Assembly: GCA_964016885.1 (NCBI GenBank)
Contig: OZ024741.1
Location: 320,168,001-320,232,000, forward strand
Direction: 5' to 3'
DNA from: Eledone cirrhosa
Lineage: Eukaryota
DNA: 64,000 nt
This document shows, in pieces, positions 46,988 through 61,022 of the stretch. The position numbers and the translations under genes are program-made. Position 1 is the stretch's first letter. Each line of letters opens with the position of its first letter. The notes beneath the pieces are model-generated. The model worked only from the letters and a program-made list of their open reading frames with translations, did not search any database and had not been told where the DNA came from.

Positions 46988-48633
46988 GTGCATGTATGCA
47001 TTTACCACCATCGCCATCATTTAACATTCGTTTTTCCAGATAGCATAATATATTTATTACAGTTAGGAATTTAAATCGGCATGTTATTTGGCAATGAAAA
47101 ACGTGTGAATAAATAGTTAAATCATTGAAAAGAAAGGCAGAAGAAAAGGAGGAGAGAATAATATTCTGTTTAAAGAGAAGCTGAAGTTATGGGACATGTG
47201 ATTAAATATCGGTGATGGAGGAATTGGATTAAATGAAGAATGAATGATGAATTGAAAGAGTGCTAGGAGGAATTAAAGCTTAAGCAGCATAAATATAAAA
47301 CTCTACAGAGTGGATGAAGTATTTAAGAGGTTAGTTTAAACATAGAACTATGGATTTTTAGGCTGTAACTCAGGTTTCAGAAATTAGTTGTAGAAAAATG
47401 AGCTAAGAATAAATTGAAAGATATATTAGTGGGATCGGAACACAGGGAATTACTTCGCCAACTAAAGTAGGGGAGTGAATAATTTGGTAGCGATGGTGGT
47501 GCTCAAATGAACTTGTCTGTCATCCAATACTGTTAAAGTAGGTATGGCCGCGTATTCCAATATGTTAGTTGTGCCAATGTATTATTTTTCTATTTGAGAT
47601 TTTAACGTGTACTAAGCGAAAATCTTTGAGTGATCATAGAGGTGCTAGTGGCAGCGGTGGCACCGTGTTCGTTTCCTGGCTACCACGACCACAAGGGGGG
47701 TTTCTATACTAAATATAATGTTGAAAGTAGAACCAACACAGAGTGGTTCTAGCCGAAACTTGTCAAGGAAGTACAGGATTCCCATGTGGTTTAAATGCTA
47801 TTCAAGTGGTTAAATTGTTCATAAGAGGGGCACCCAGACGTAATGACCTGGATGCGACCCGATCTCCTTAGACAAGAACACGTTAAGTGCCGAAATACTT
47901 ACATGAGTGGGGTTTCTTTTTTGAAGACCTTCTGCTGCCAAACCCTCCCGACAGTTTCTTCGTGCTTAATACTAATCTATAATATTTATATGATAAAGCT
48001 AGCAGAAAAACCACCCACATTGTGGTTTTCTGCTAGCATGTGTAGTGTGCATATTGATATTATACGCAAGGTCTTCTGTGATGGCACCCAAATGCCAACC
48101 GGTTATGTTAAACTGGATAGAGGATCTTGTTTCTCACATGAGTAAAATCCCTACTGCTTGATTTACTTTGAGAGTATAACAACATAAATTAGATTTGGAT
48201 CATAAAGAGCTTGATAAAATACTAAAAGTTTTGCTTCAAAATATGTGAAAGAAGACAGCACAGTCCGAAACAATTGCGTTTGGTTCTTACGTTGATGAAA
48301 ATGTAACCGTTGACGACAAGTGAAGTTAATCAAAAAGATAGTGTTTAATGGACAAAATCTACAGATGGGGACAGATGAGGAATTAGTACATAGATATGAA
48401 CAATTGAGGGATTTTGTATGTGGACAGAGATGTTAACAGATGAGGTATTATGTATACTGAGGGGAATAATGGACGATCATCCACTTTCCTAAAAAATAAA
48501 TCATACACAAAACGCCTGCAGCAACAGTTTTGCAAGAGATATCAACATGAATGGACCTGTTATCTTTATCTAAAGATATTTTTTCCAATAAAAAACCCGC
48601 CCGTCCCCTCAATCTATCTTATTTCTCATTCTT

Positions 48634-48669
48634 TCTTCTGATGAAGGACTAGCGTCCGAAACGTTAAGA
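48634..48669 (+). ncRNA. Minimal hammerhead, loop-less stem III, in a short PLE-type terminal repeat
   Basis: TCTT-CTGATGA-AGGAC-TAGC-GTCC-GAAACGTT-AAGA. Family copies at ~42150-42306 (-), 26595-26728 (decayed) and 58790-58900 (related, decayed). Confidence 0.78.
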
Positions 48670-48754
48670 CCCTCTTCCTGATATATCTAGCGTTAACCTA
48701 ATATATCCCTTCCATATACTGTACCGATTGTGTTGTTATTTCTGTTTACCGTTT

Positions 48755-48857
<103 letters not shown>

Positions 48858-49663
48858 CAAAGAAATCCATAGTCAGTAAAGTAAAGGAATTGAAGAGGCT
48901 TTTTGAAGGGATTTAAAATAAAATGCATGCTCTTTTCCGGAGATAAACAAAAACCGTTACAGCAGAACATTTCTGATGATTTCATATATATATATAACCA
49001 ATGATATTTGAAAGAGAAATAATATTGATTAAAGAACTGTCGCGAATTGTGGAAATAAAGCAATGAATTATTAGCAGCATGTCGTCTTTTTGAACAAATA
49101 ACCCTTATAATGTTATCTTCCCTTACTGATACAAGGTCACAAATCTGAGTTAGTCGATGAGATCAACTTCAGTACTTGGTTTGCAGTGATCTGGCAGTGA
49201 TCTGTGTTCAAATTCTGGCAGTGATCTGGCATTGATCTGTGTTCAAATTCCGTTGAAGTCAAATTTACATTTCATTAATTCAGTTTCGATAAATATAATA
49301 CAATTCCAGAATTTTTGAGCGACCGAATTTTCAGAGTCCATTCCTTGTGGTATCTGTTTGGGTTCTGTGAATTCGGAGTTCAAATTATGTATTCTCTCAG
49401 TTGAGAACTGCTGAAATCATGGAACAGGGATCCTATCATTAAAACACCACAGAAATGTCGCATAAGATGCAACTTCATGGACGCTGGAAAAGCCCGCGCA
49501 GTGGTGAGGTATACAACACCTGTACTTCATTGATGTCGACAAAGGAACGATGCAAAACAAAGTTGATCGAAGCGGGATTTGAATTCGGAACATTTAGAAC
49601 AAAAGGGAATACATTTTAAAGAATATTTATTATAAATAGATTACAATAACGTACAGAAATAAT

Positions 49664-49733
49664 TGTTTCTACATTTGGCACAAGGCCAGCAATTATTCCA
49701 GTGTATTACTGTTACTTTATTTTATCGACCCCG
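49664..49733 (-). mobile_element. 5'-truncated SINE family 1 copy with 17-bp TSD
   Basis: TAACGTACAGAA(A/G)TAAT at 49647-49663 and 49734-49750. Confidence 0.85.
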
Positions 49734-49938
49734 TAACGTACAGAAGTAATAACGCTACACGAAGCTGCTTGTGTAATTTCTACACATCTAAAATGAAATA
49801 CCTCATCAGACAAGCAAAACAAATAAATATAGTGCCTTATCCGCCTACTACATCATTGTATTATTTATTTCAAATATTAAATGTAATATCACATTGTATA
49901 TATACACATATATATGTATATATATATATATATACACT

Positions 49939-50012
<74 letters not shown>

Positions 50013-50095
50013 TACATACATATATATATATATATACATATGTGTATATATATATATACGTATGTGTATATATATATACATATATATAAATATAT

Positions 50096-50144
<49 letters not shown>

Positions 50145-50293
50145 GGTGTGTGTGTATGGTGTATGTATGTGTGTATTTATTATATGACTTAGTAATCGTA
50201 TTACGTTAGATCTTAAGGCAGAAAGTAAAAAAAAAACTATTTCACCACCACGCATCACGAGTTTTAGACTTTATTAAACTGTATTAATGCTTA

Positions 50294-50339
<46 letters not shown>

Positions 50340-50466
50340 GCTTTCTCACCTGTTCAATCTCTCTCTCCCTTTCATCCTCTCACTATCGCTTACTTTATCT
50401 ATTTTCATCACTACTATTTCTGACTGTTTGTCAATGTTCATATCTAACTACCCATCTAACTACGCA

Positions 50467-50513
<47 letters not shown>

Positions 50514-50515
<2 letters not shown>

Positions 50516-51119
50516 TGGCTGCCAACTCGTTTTCGAGTACGGCCACTACTTTATATCCATGTAGGAGAACCCCCACCAATGCGCTGAACGAGTGTGACTT
50601 TTAAGTCCAGACAGCGACTTGAAAACTCTGGTACAAACACTACACTTGTGACAATTACTGACACATAGTGCTGGGCCCATGGTACCATGTGACGACAAGT
50701 GCAGAGAGATCTCCAGATATAAAGCAATGCCTGTGCCGTGAAGCTTTTATAGTGAGCAAAGGCATTGCACAAAGCCAGTCCCACTCTCTTAACCAAGATG
50801 ATATTTACCAAAAAGAAGAACAAGTCAACATCATTGGATACCATCAGAGTTGCAGGTCTTATATCAGAGTTTTCCTTCTCCTAGAATTCTGCCTTGACAA
50901 AGGCTAAGGGATCATCTCTCCCGGTGATTTTGGATGGCCATTGAGTCTTAAGAGCTCCTTTGCCTTTTGACAGGTTTTGTTTTTAGTCCTGCAGGATGTC
51001 CAAAGTCACCCTCCTCACCAAGAAACCTTGGTGGGGTTGCCAGTTTAGTCGCCAACGACCCGACCATGAGACAGATTGTACTGGGATACATGTTACCAGT
51101 AGCACCAACTAGTGACCTG

Positions 51120-51121
<2 letters not shown>
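50514..51121 (-). mobile_element. Probable RTE-like LINE 5' UTR fragment between (TA)n tracts
   Basis: GC-balanced island; reverse strand CTAGGAGAAGGAAAACTCTGA resembles RTE 5' UTRs as I recall them; no protein motif seen. Confidence 0.35.
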
Positions 51122-51179
<58 letters not shown>

Positions 51180-51261
51180 TATATATATATATATTTGCAT
51201 ACGTATGCACATACTCACAGACGCACGCACATATACATACACACACGCACGCACACGCACG

Positions 51262-51347
<86 letters not shown>

Positions 51348-52656
51348 CTAGTATCCACATGCATATCGTGGGGCCGATAACATTGTTAAAACTGAATGCA
51401 GCATTCAAGAGATGGTTTCAACTAGATTAGACAGTGAGAGCTATTGTATTGTAAACAATACAATATAATTACCTCAATACCAGAGGTTTTCCGAATAAGA
51501 CGATTACGAAAAACGTCCTCATTCGTTCATCGGACAAGGCAATTTAAAACAGTGAAATATTTGAGAAATCTCCTCAAGAAAGGCAAGAGTTTAACGGGCA
51601 AAAAAATAAAGCAAGAAATATATAAAAATAAGGAAATATAGTTAGCGTATGTGTATACATGTGTATATATTCACTCTCAAATGTACATATGTGTGTAGGT
51701 ACAAATGCATGTGTATAGTGAAAATGTGTGCGTAAGTACATATAAGAGGGCAAGCATAATAGTGTATGTGTGACCACAAATACGTATATAATATAAGTTG
51801 AAAAAGGAATTGTAAGATAATGTACATCCAGATTTAGGTATTAAATATATACACATACAAGTATGAAAGCACGCGTATAAACACACACACACGCGCGATC
51901 ATTTATATGCGGAAGATAAAAGGGAAGGGAGTGTATTAGTGAAAAAGAGTGGCATATTCGATACATATAAAAATGAAACAATATATGAGAAAGAAAAAAA
52001 TTTTGTTTAAATCAAAGAGAAAGTAAGAGGGAGGGGTTATCAATTATAAATTAACACTAGAGAAAACGAAAACAAACATAGGTTTGCACGTACGCACACA
52101 TACATATTAAAAAAAATATATATGAATACGTACAGGCAAAAGCGCATGCATACGTACATACATACACCCGAAGCACACATATATATACATATATCGGCAC
52201 ACGTATATCTAAGCACACGTACGTACGCGACTATATATTTACATATATGCATACACATACATACATATACATATACATATATACATATATACACATACTT
52301 ATACATATACATTCACCCACATACACGCACTCGTATAAATATAGATATAAAAACACACATGCTCACACATATAGACACACACACGCACACATACGGAGGC
52401 GCATACACATTCACACGCATAGATACAAATTATAAACCAGCCATATGAAAAAAAAGAAATACAAATATAAAAGCGACTGCGAAACAACAGAATATATCTG
52501 GAGTTGAAAACGCAAGTGACAGTAATATCAGGTAGTGAAAGAAAATGGTGAAGTAAAATGTGGAATGTGAAGATATTAGGTAAGTGAATCAAAAAGTAGG
52601 GCGGGGGGTCACTGGTGGATGTGAAGTGAAAATAAAAATGAAAATAAAGTTAAAAA

Positions 52657-54745
52657 TTAAAGTAAATCAGAAAGAGAAGTTTGTAAAGACGATAATTTAA
52701 GTAAAGTGAAGAACAAGGGTTTATGGAGGATAAGTATCTGAAAGTGAGTTAAGTTTATATGAGCTGGAAAGCAGTGTGGGCAACTGGTGAAAATTTCTGC
52801 TTTTGTATTTAGGCAGGTTTTGGGTGATTTAAGGTTTTGTAAAATCCAATATTTTTCACTTATGCAGAGTGTGCATCTTCTTGTTCCTCTTGCATATTCT
52901 TTAGATTGGTTCAAAATTGACCAATCCAATTTATATTGGATACCTTGGTCTTTCAAATCCCATATTCTGCTAGCCAGAGCTGTTGTAAATCTTTTTTCTG
53001 GATGTCGGAAAGATGCGACATGTGAGTAATAACGCGTTTTGAATTTGTCTTGTGTCATACCCACATATCGTTCGCTGGTGGCTGGTAGGTTGTTGCTGAT
53101 GGTTGTCACTTTAGCCGCATATACAATGGCTTTGGTGTTGCATTTACCTTGTAATAGGCATTCACTTTTGACTCTACAGGAGCAATTTTGATGTTCTCTG
53201 GGTGTTTTCTTATTGCTGATATAAGATTTAATAGGGGAACCGCAGGAGTAGCTAATTTTGAGACAGTTTCTATTGAAGATCTTATAGTATCTATGTGTTC
53301 TAGGGAAATGTTTATCTAAGAGTTCTAGGAATGTTTTGCCTACATTAGTTTTAACTGCTAGAAAGTAGGGCGTGTGAACCAGATTATTTTTCTTTTCCTA
53401 TTATTATGTTTAAGGGAGTTAGTATTGTTGGGTATGTACTTAATCGGTTCGCTAAATCCGCTATTTTGAAGGGCTTTATTATAGTAGGGGATGCCTTATT
53501 GAAAATAGCTTCTGAGGAAGAGAGGGTGGAGATCCTACGGCTAATATTAGGGATAAGATTTTTAAAAACTATAGGAGGATGGCAAGAGCCTTTATTTATA
53601 TATTTTAAATTTTCATTAGGTTTATGGTACGGTTTATAAGAAGCAGTAGGCAGAGCTAGGTTTATATCTAGAAAATTAATATTGGAAAGGTTAGTGTCAA
53701 TAGTAATTTTAAGATTAAAACTAGCGAAGGTTTTTATTAAGTCTTTCCTTATTCTATCTAAGTTATGGCCTATGGTGGTATGGGAAAGTATTAGACCATG
53801 GTCGCGATAAAGCACAAAAATATGGTTAGCGAATTTTTCTTTAAGTGTGTGTAGGAGGAATAGGCCGACTAAATCACAAACATCAACACTGTCAAAAGAA
53901 CCCATTGAGACATCGAATGGGTTCTCTGGGTTAGATATTTTTACCCAAGTGTCATTATTAGTAAAGAGTAGAGTGTTTCTAGCATGCAAGATGACATTTT
54001 CTTCAATATCAGAAATATTGGTAAACTTTCTAGCGAAATTTAAGGCTTTCGCTAAAAGAGGCTGAGTAATAGACGGGTAGAAATCTACAATGTCAAATTG
54101 GGTGAATCTAGAACTATTTTTATGTTTAATATTATTAAACCAATGTACTACGGAAGAGCTATTTATCCATTGGAGTAATTCAGACTTACTTCTAATCTGT
54201 GTGTTTATATTATTTAATTTTTTTTTTGCTAGCAAGACCGATTTCAGTCTTAGCGGGGTTGATTAATCTACAACTAGGACGATTAATAAAGTCAGGTTTG
54301 TGACCTTTGAAGGTGATATAGGCATTACGTTTAGCAAGTTTTTCTGTCCTATTATCTACTTTTAAAGAACTAGCTAATTCTTTAGCTTCCTTTTTTATAT
54401 TATTATACGTGTTTATATTAGCTATTTGGTATTTAGAGGTGATGTTATCTATTAAGAGTTGTTCATGTAAATTATTATTAACTTCGTATAACTTTTTAGT
54501 TTTGTCAGAGAAAATGAACTTATTTTTAGAAGATTTGAATATTGAAATATCATTAGATAGTTTAGATAGAAAAGGGTTAGAGTACTTACGAAATTTGATA
54601 TAGTTGATTAAATTAACTAAGTCTAGTTCAAAAGCGGTCATATCTTTTACTCTTTGCGGGTATTTATGAGTTTTGATATCAAAAGGTTCCGTAGAGTCCG
54701 TGTTAAAGTGTCCATCGAGAATCAAAGCTTTCCATCTCATTCTTT
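52657..54745 (-). mobile_element. Penelope-like element (Naiad-like), frameshifted RT plus GIY-YIG ORF
   Basis: MRWKA; CRLINPAK; FDIVDFYPSI; FDVSMGSFDS..CDLVG; YRDHGL (YRDD mutated); NFLD; SCHPP; LDKHFP..KIFNRN..SYSC; CSCRVKSECLLQGKC; IVY..YVGMT..FKTR; CTLCISEK; LNTKAE..CPH. Confidence 0.93.
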
Positions 54746-54778
54746 TAACAACTTTCTCTACTTTGTCTATTATATTAT

Positions 54779-54833
<55 letters not shown>

Positions 54834-54863
54834 TGTATATATATATATATTTATATATATACA

Positions 54864-54920
<57 letters not shown>

Positions 54921-55065
54921 CTTGGGGAGAGTCATATTGTTGTAATATATATATATACATATATATAGTGGTAGAACACTGGAAGGTTATATCCGTAGTG
55001 GTAGAGCACTCAGTCCATGGTATGAGTTAGGTAGACGTGGTTACACAACAGTAAGTTCACCATAC

Positions 55066-55103
55066 CGAGAACAATTGTTTCACCTTAGCGGATCCTCAGC
55101 TCG
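55066..55103 (-). ncRNA. Minimal hammerhead ribozyme, minus strand (repeat copy at 55473-55510)
   Basis: Left hairpin arm; same core as 55138-55175. Confidence 0.78.
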
Positions 55104-55137
55104 TAATGGACATGGTTCCGAATAACCATGTCCACTG

Positions 55138-55175
55138 CGAGCTGAGGATCCGCTAAGGTGAAACAATTGTTCTCG
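55138..55175 (+). ncRNA. Minimal hammerhead ribozyme, plus strand (repeat copy at 55545-55582)
   Basis: CGAG-CTGAGGA-TCCGCTAAGGT-GAAAC-AATT-GTT-CTCG; stem II is short. Confidence 0.78.
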
Positions 55176-55202
55176 GTATGGTGAACTAACTGTTGTGTAA
55201 CC

Positions 55203-55272
<70 letters not shown>

Positions 55273-55609
55273 TGTATATATATATATATTTATATATATA
55301 CAGTGTGTATATATATATATATATATACTTGGGGAGAGTCATATTGTTGTAATATATATATATACATATATATAGTGGTAGAACACTGGAAGGTTATATC
55401 CGTAGTGGTAGAGCACTCAGTCCATGGTATGAGTTAGGTAGACGTGGTTACACAACAGTAAGTTCACCATACCGAGAACAATTGTTTCACCTTAGCGGAT
55501 CCTCAGCTCGTAATGGACATGGTTCCGAATAACCATGTCCACTGCGAGCTGAGGATCCGCTAAGGTGAAACAATTGTTCTCGGTATGGTGAACTAACTGT
55601 TGTGTAACC

Positions 55610-55695
<86 letters not shown>

Positions 55696-55784
55696 GAAGT
55701 TTACATATACATAAACTAGACAGAGCCATATATATATATATATATAAATTAATAAACAAAGAAACAGTTCCTTATATTAAAAAT

Positions 55785-55922
55785 TCATCATTTTACGATC
55801 GTTTCTAGGATATATATGTTAGTGTTGGTATGCATATCCTATAGATCTATGTAAAATGTTTTACAAACTATCAGAGGGATATACATACCTACACATATAT
55901 ATGCTGTCTTCAGAAATAATGA
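55785..55922 (-). ncRNA. Hammerhead ribozyme with a 101-nt, well-paired stem II
   Basis: Reverse strand TCATTATTT-CTGAAGA-...-GAAAC-GATC-GTA-AAATGATGA; stem II includes a 16/18-bp helix; related to 36440-36587. Confidence 0.8.
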
Positions 55923-56591
55923 TATCTGTTTGGGAATAGATTTTGAATTGACCAATAGAAAGATAGTGAAAGTCAAGATAGTAATATAGTAGTAAAAGAA
56001 CCTTAATTTATGGGTAGAGGAAGGTAGATTTCAGTTTTGGATGGAAAGAATATTATGAATGAAAGATTATTTTAGGGATGAGAATAGGTCATATGCTGAC
56101 CTCAGAAATAATTATATTTGTTCATTGAATAAACAAACAAAGATTTAATATAGTAGGTTTGTTTGGGAACAGGTTTTGAATTAACCAATAGAAAGGTAAT
56201 AATTGGCCAAATGGTAAAATAGTAGTAATTGAAATTTATTTTGGGGTAGAAGAAGGCAGATTTCAGTTTTGAATGGAAGGAGTATGAAGAATGAAAAGTT
56301 TATTTTAGGGGTGAAAATAGGTCAGGTCAGTAAAAGGTAACACGAAAAGTTGTTGTTATAAAAGAATAATGCCAATGTAAATATGTAAGGAGACTAAAAT
56401 TTTACGATAAAAGTGTTAGTGAAAAAAATATATATGGAAGTTACATCTATGAAAATAATATAAATTAATTTAATTGATGGGTATATTTATATTGATAAAA
56501 TTATATTAATGCATATAGATATGATAAATAAGAGTTAGATGTAATTGAAGAGTGCTGTTAAAGACGAGGGGAAATTAAATAAATATAAAAA

Positions 56592-56648
<57 letters not shown>

Positions 56649-56691
56649 GAAGAAGTTTACGAAATGGAAATGCGGGTATACAGAATTTATT

Positions 56692-56808
56692 AGGTAATAA
56701 TTGTTTCTATAGTGTATGGGTTACCTATACCTCGCTATTTGAATAATATAAAAATATTATCATAGACCGAAGGTACACTGTGAGCAAACACACCATGTCA
56801 TCAGACCT
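56692..56808 (-). ncRNA. Near-intact hammerhead with a 90-nt stem II region
   Basis: AGGT-CTGATGA-CATGGTGTGT...ATACACTATA-GAAAC-AATT-ATT-ACCT; one stem III mismatch. Confidence 0.6.
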
Positions 56809-57625
56809 TTGTATTGTAATGATATGAAAATATTTTATACACTAGATAAAAGATAAAGAAGGAGGTAGGAAGAGAAGGGGAAGAGGGAAGTGAGTAAGGT
56901 GGAGGGAGTCTTAGGATTTAAGACTGCCAGACTAGTAGAGATTGCGAGGAGAGAATGTTTTGGCAGCAGTTAGCTTAATGAGGCGTGTTAGGGTTGGCGG
57001 GGAAGTAAATTGTTCTAGTGGTGTTGTTCGGACAAAATTTAGTTAAAGGGGTCAAAGTGGTACAGTGTCACAGACAGGTTATTAGGGCTATTATAGTAGC
57101 AGGTTATTTCTAAAAGGGTCCAGAAAAACAGTGTTTAGTACTATTATTATAGAAAGCCATATCCTATATATATGATTATTGGGGGGGGGGGGTTAAATTT
57201 ATTAGTGAGAAATAATAAATATATAGAGATTTCAAGGAACATAGAATCATAACCTGAAATTAAAACATTATATATGTTTACTTAATGGTATCAATTTTAG
57301 GAAAAGATAGTTGTAAGAAGGAAAGTAAAATTATGTAGTTCATCAGTAGTAGAATATTAATTATAGGTTAACTAAATTAAAAATAGTTTTTATATTAATT
57401 TCTAAAATGTATATTAATTAGGTTTATAATATTTAAAGGTTTTTCTCAGTTTATGATTACACGATATTATTAATTCCTGTCGCTTATTTAATACATATCT
57501 TGACTCTGTTTTCCGTTAATTTTCACGGACAATTTTTTTTGAATACATCTTCTCTTTTCATGATATTCGGATTACATTGAGTTCTTCATACGGATTGGAC
57601 ACTACCGTACATTTTGGTAGATTTA

Positions 57626-57669
<44 letters not shown>

Positions 57670-58566
57670 TTTGGCAACCATTCACGGTGTGGCTCAATGA
57701 CGTATTAATTATTTAAATAATCAACAATCAGAGCAATATATAAGAAAGTAAGTCCATAGAATCATTTGATAAAATACATACAGTATTTCTTCTCCCAATC
57801 AGCATAATCAACCACATAAAAAATCAATTAAACGAAGCTATAAGTTTTAAATGTACCTATGAAGAAACAATAGATAAATAAATGATAGCTATTTTATCCG
57901 CGATCCACAGCCACAGAAGATTTATCTAGTATTTCTAATATCCCGTAGAAGCTGACTAGACATATAGCTAACCATAAACAATTAGGTACAAAATCAAAGT
58001 TTGAAGAAAAAAATGTACATAAACATACCAAAATCGTGTTTCTACCCCCTGGGGTTTCATTCGCTTTTTGGAAATATCCGATTATGGATAAATCAACGAG
58101 TTTCGAAGTCATCAGGACACAAACTCAATTGGACAAAGATTTTTTCTTAAATGATCCCTACCAGAGACGAATTCAAAATGACTAAGAATTGTCACATGGC
58201 CAGTGTGATAAATCTTTCTTATATATATATATATATAATATATATATATATATAAGACTCTGGAAAAACATCCAGGAACCCACACACACACAAACACTTA
58301 CACTATTTTCGCACCACGCAACCATACATCCACACCACACAAAAACACACACACACACGCGTGCGTATCCTCACAATCAAACACAAAGCCTCCGGATTCC
58401 ACTCGCCCCCTCTCCCCCACCCACTGTGACCCCTGTCCATCCACACACACACACCGACTTACAATCCACTCCATGTACACACTGGTTTCCCTATTACCAG
58501 AACATGGAACCTCGTTCTACCCCAAACTCTCACATTCACATCCACACACACACACACACACACACA

Positions 58567-58615
<49 letters not shown>

Positions 58616-59099
58616 ACACCTACACACGATACATACACACCCCCCCATCCATCCACCCATCACCACCCCAAGACGGTTCACACCCTTTCACCACTTGTTT
58701 CATTTTAATTTGTTGTACTCTCTAACCCCCCCTTTTAATGTCTTTCCACCCCTCCCCCTCACACCCTCGGAACTCTTTTCCTGCCCACCTTTCTCCGGAT
58801 GAAGGGCTTATGTTCGAAACGTCCCAAAGCGTGAACCTAATATTAACCCTTTGTACTGCCTCTTCACTTTGTTTTTGTTTTTTTTGTTTTCTGTTTTAAC
58901 TATAATATATATATATATATTAATAAAAGGAATTTCAACTTTGTTTGATTTACTCGTTTTATTTACAATCCTTTAAAATGATAATGATATTATAACGAAA
59001 TAGTATGGTAGAATATTAAATGTTAAATGTTAATTGAACAAGTACTTTCATGCATTCGCAATCTTCAGGTTCATTTTTAGTGGTGACAGTCAAGATGGC

Positions 59100-59207
59100 A
59101 ATTTTCAACTGTTGACTTTGCCTTTCATCCTTACGGGATCGATAAAAAAAACTACCAGTAATGCACTGGAATAATTGCTGGCCTTGTGCCCAAAGTAGAA
59201 ACAATTA
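59100..59207 (+). mobile_element. SINE family 1, 3' half
   Basis: GTTGACTTTGCCTTTCATCC...GGCCTTGTGCCCAAAGTAGAAACAATT. Confidence 0.85.
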
Positions 59208-60319
59208 GAACTTCAACTACCACCGCCACTACTAGTATTATCAGTAACCGTATTTTGTGCTTATTTCTTACTTATTTTTTACTTCTTGATCATTTTCATT
59301 TTTACTTCTTTATACTTTTATTACTATTTATTATTGGCATCATTATTTTCATTCACTTGTATTCCGACGATTTGATCAGAGACGCACGCAACTTCGAGTG
59401 ATCAGCGGCCTTTAGACTCACCTTATCAATGAAACAATTTTTAATACTGTAAATAATACCCTTTTTGTATATCCGACCATGATATTCTTCACTCTTTCAC
59501 TATATATATATATGCAGAGGTTATATTTAATTTGTTGGCATTCAACAAGCTTAAACATTTTTGTAACTGATATAAAGCACTCAACAGCTAGTGGAGTAAA
59601 TATACAATATATTAATAAATGGAAACTATAATTATAAAACCATAATTATTTTATTATATAGGGCGATCAAGGTAAATTATGGTGCGCTTTCATCAGATAA
59701 AATACAGATCTGTTTTATAAATAAATATTGACATACCCGGAAAAAAGACAACCTCAACGGTTGAAATTCGCTGGATAGTGGAGATAATTGAGGGTGATAC
59801 AAAGTTGTGAGTGAGTATGCAAATGAGTGTCGGAAAAATTGAAAAAAACAACGGTTTATTTAAATTAAACTGTTGGAAGAAAATAGATGGCAAAGGAAAG
59901 AGAGAAGATAGATGTAAAAGGGAGAGACAAGATAGATGTAAAAGAGAGAGAGAGAAGATAGATGTAAAGGGAAAAGAGACAAAAAATTGAGAGGGAGAGA
60001 GATAAAGAGAATAGATAAAGAGAATAGAAAGAGAAAGAGAGAGATAGAAGAAAAAAGAGAAAAGATATAATATTGAGAGAGAGTGAAGGAAAGAACGAAT
60101 AATTGAGAAGGAGAGAGAAAGAAAAAAGTATTGTGCGGGAGAGAGAAAAGAATGTTGAAAAAATATTGGGAAAAGAGGGAGAAAGAGTAGTGAGAGGGAG
60201 GGAGAAGAAAGAGAAAGAGAAATTATAATTATAGTTATGGTTTATATCGTGACGATATGCTATTGCTTATTGAAAATAATAATAATTGTGAAATCAACAG
60301 GAAAAGAAAAGTAATTATA

Positions 60320-60607
60320 CAATTTTTTAATAACCTTAATCTTAAAGTAGAAGTAGAGAATAATTATAAAATAGTTAACTTTAAACTTTAATACTGGTCT
60401 TTATTATCCTCTTCATAAAATCAATGAGAATTTAAACTATGTTAACTTTAATTCCAATCACCCGAGATCCGTTAAAAACACTATTGTAAATTCTGTGCAG
60501 CAACGTATTTCTAGAATTTCAGCGAATAAAAATATATTTGAAGGTAAGGCACAATATTATAACGAAACTTTAAGTAGAGCAGGCTATAATAATGAAATTA
60601 AATATAT
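60320..60607 (+). mobile_element. PLE RT C-terminal/thumb fragment
   Basis: LNTGLYYPLHKINENLNYVNFNSNHP..RISRISAN..YYNETLSRAGY, homologous to the C-terminal part of ORF 53384-54235. Confidence 0.75.
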
Positions 60608-60686
60608 TGCCTTTCCTTTCTTCTGTCCTACAAAATGGCATAGGACAGAAGAAAGGAAAGGCACAGAAACAAAGAAAGGAATCCCC

Positions 60687-60731
60687 AGTCACTGAAGAGG
60701 TCACAGAGTGTGTGACGAAAGGACTATGACT
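60687..60731 (+). ncRNA. Minimal hammerhead ribozyme
   Basis: AGTCA-CTGAAGA-G-GTCACA-GAGTG-TGTGAC-GAAAG-GA-CTA-TGACT. Confidence 0.78.
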
Positions 60732-60952
60732 ATATATAAACTACTATCTGGTTGTGGAACCAACCAACCAACCAGAAATTTATAAATTTGTAGATTTGTA
60801 AATTTATAAATTTATAAATATATAATAAATTGAAGTGAAAGCAACTGGTGCGTGTGTTTCTTATTGGCAACATGACCCTCCCAAAGTATAACAATATCGG
60901 TTTCAACACACGATTTCAGATAAAGAATCTTGCTAAACAAATTCAGAAACGA

Positions 60953-61022
<70 letters not shown>

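Larger units (their letters stand above)
54783..55641. repeat. Two tandem ~410-440 bp units, each with a 79-bp-arm hairpin
   Basis: Unique parts repeat at offset 407; hairpins at 55039-55202 and 55446-55609. Confidence 0.93.

Noticed and set aside
50990-51121. HDV-like ribozyme at the putative RTE 5' end
   Set aside because: Could not build the double pseudoknot by eye.
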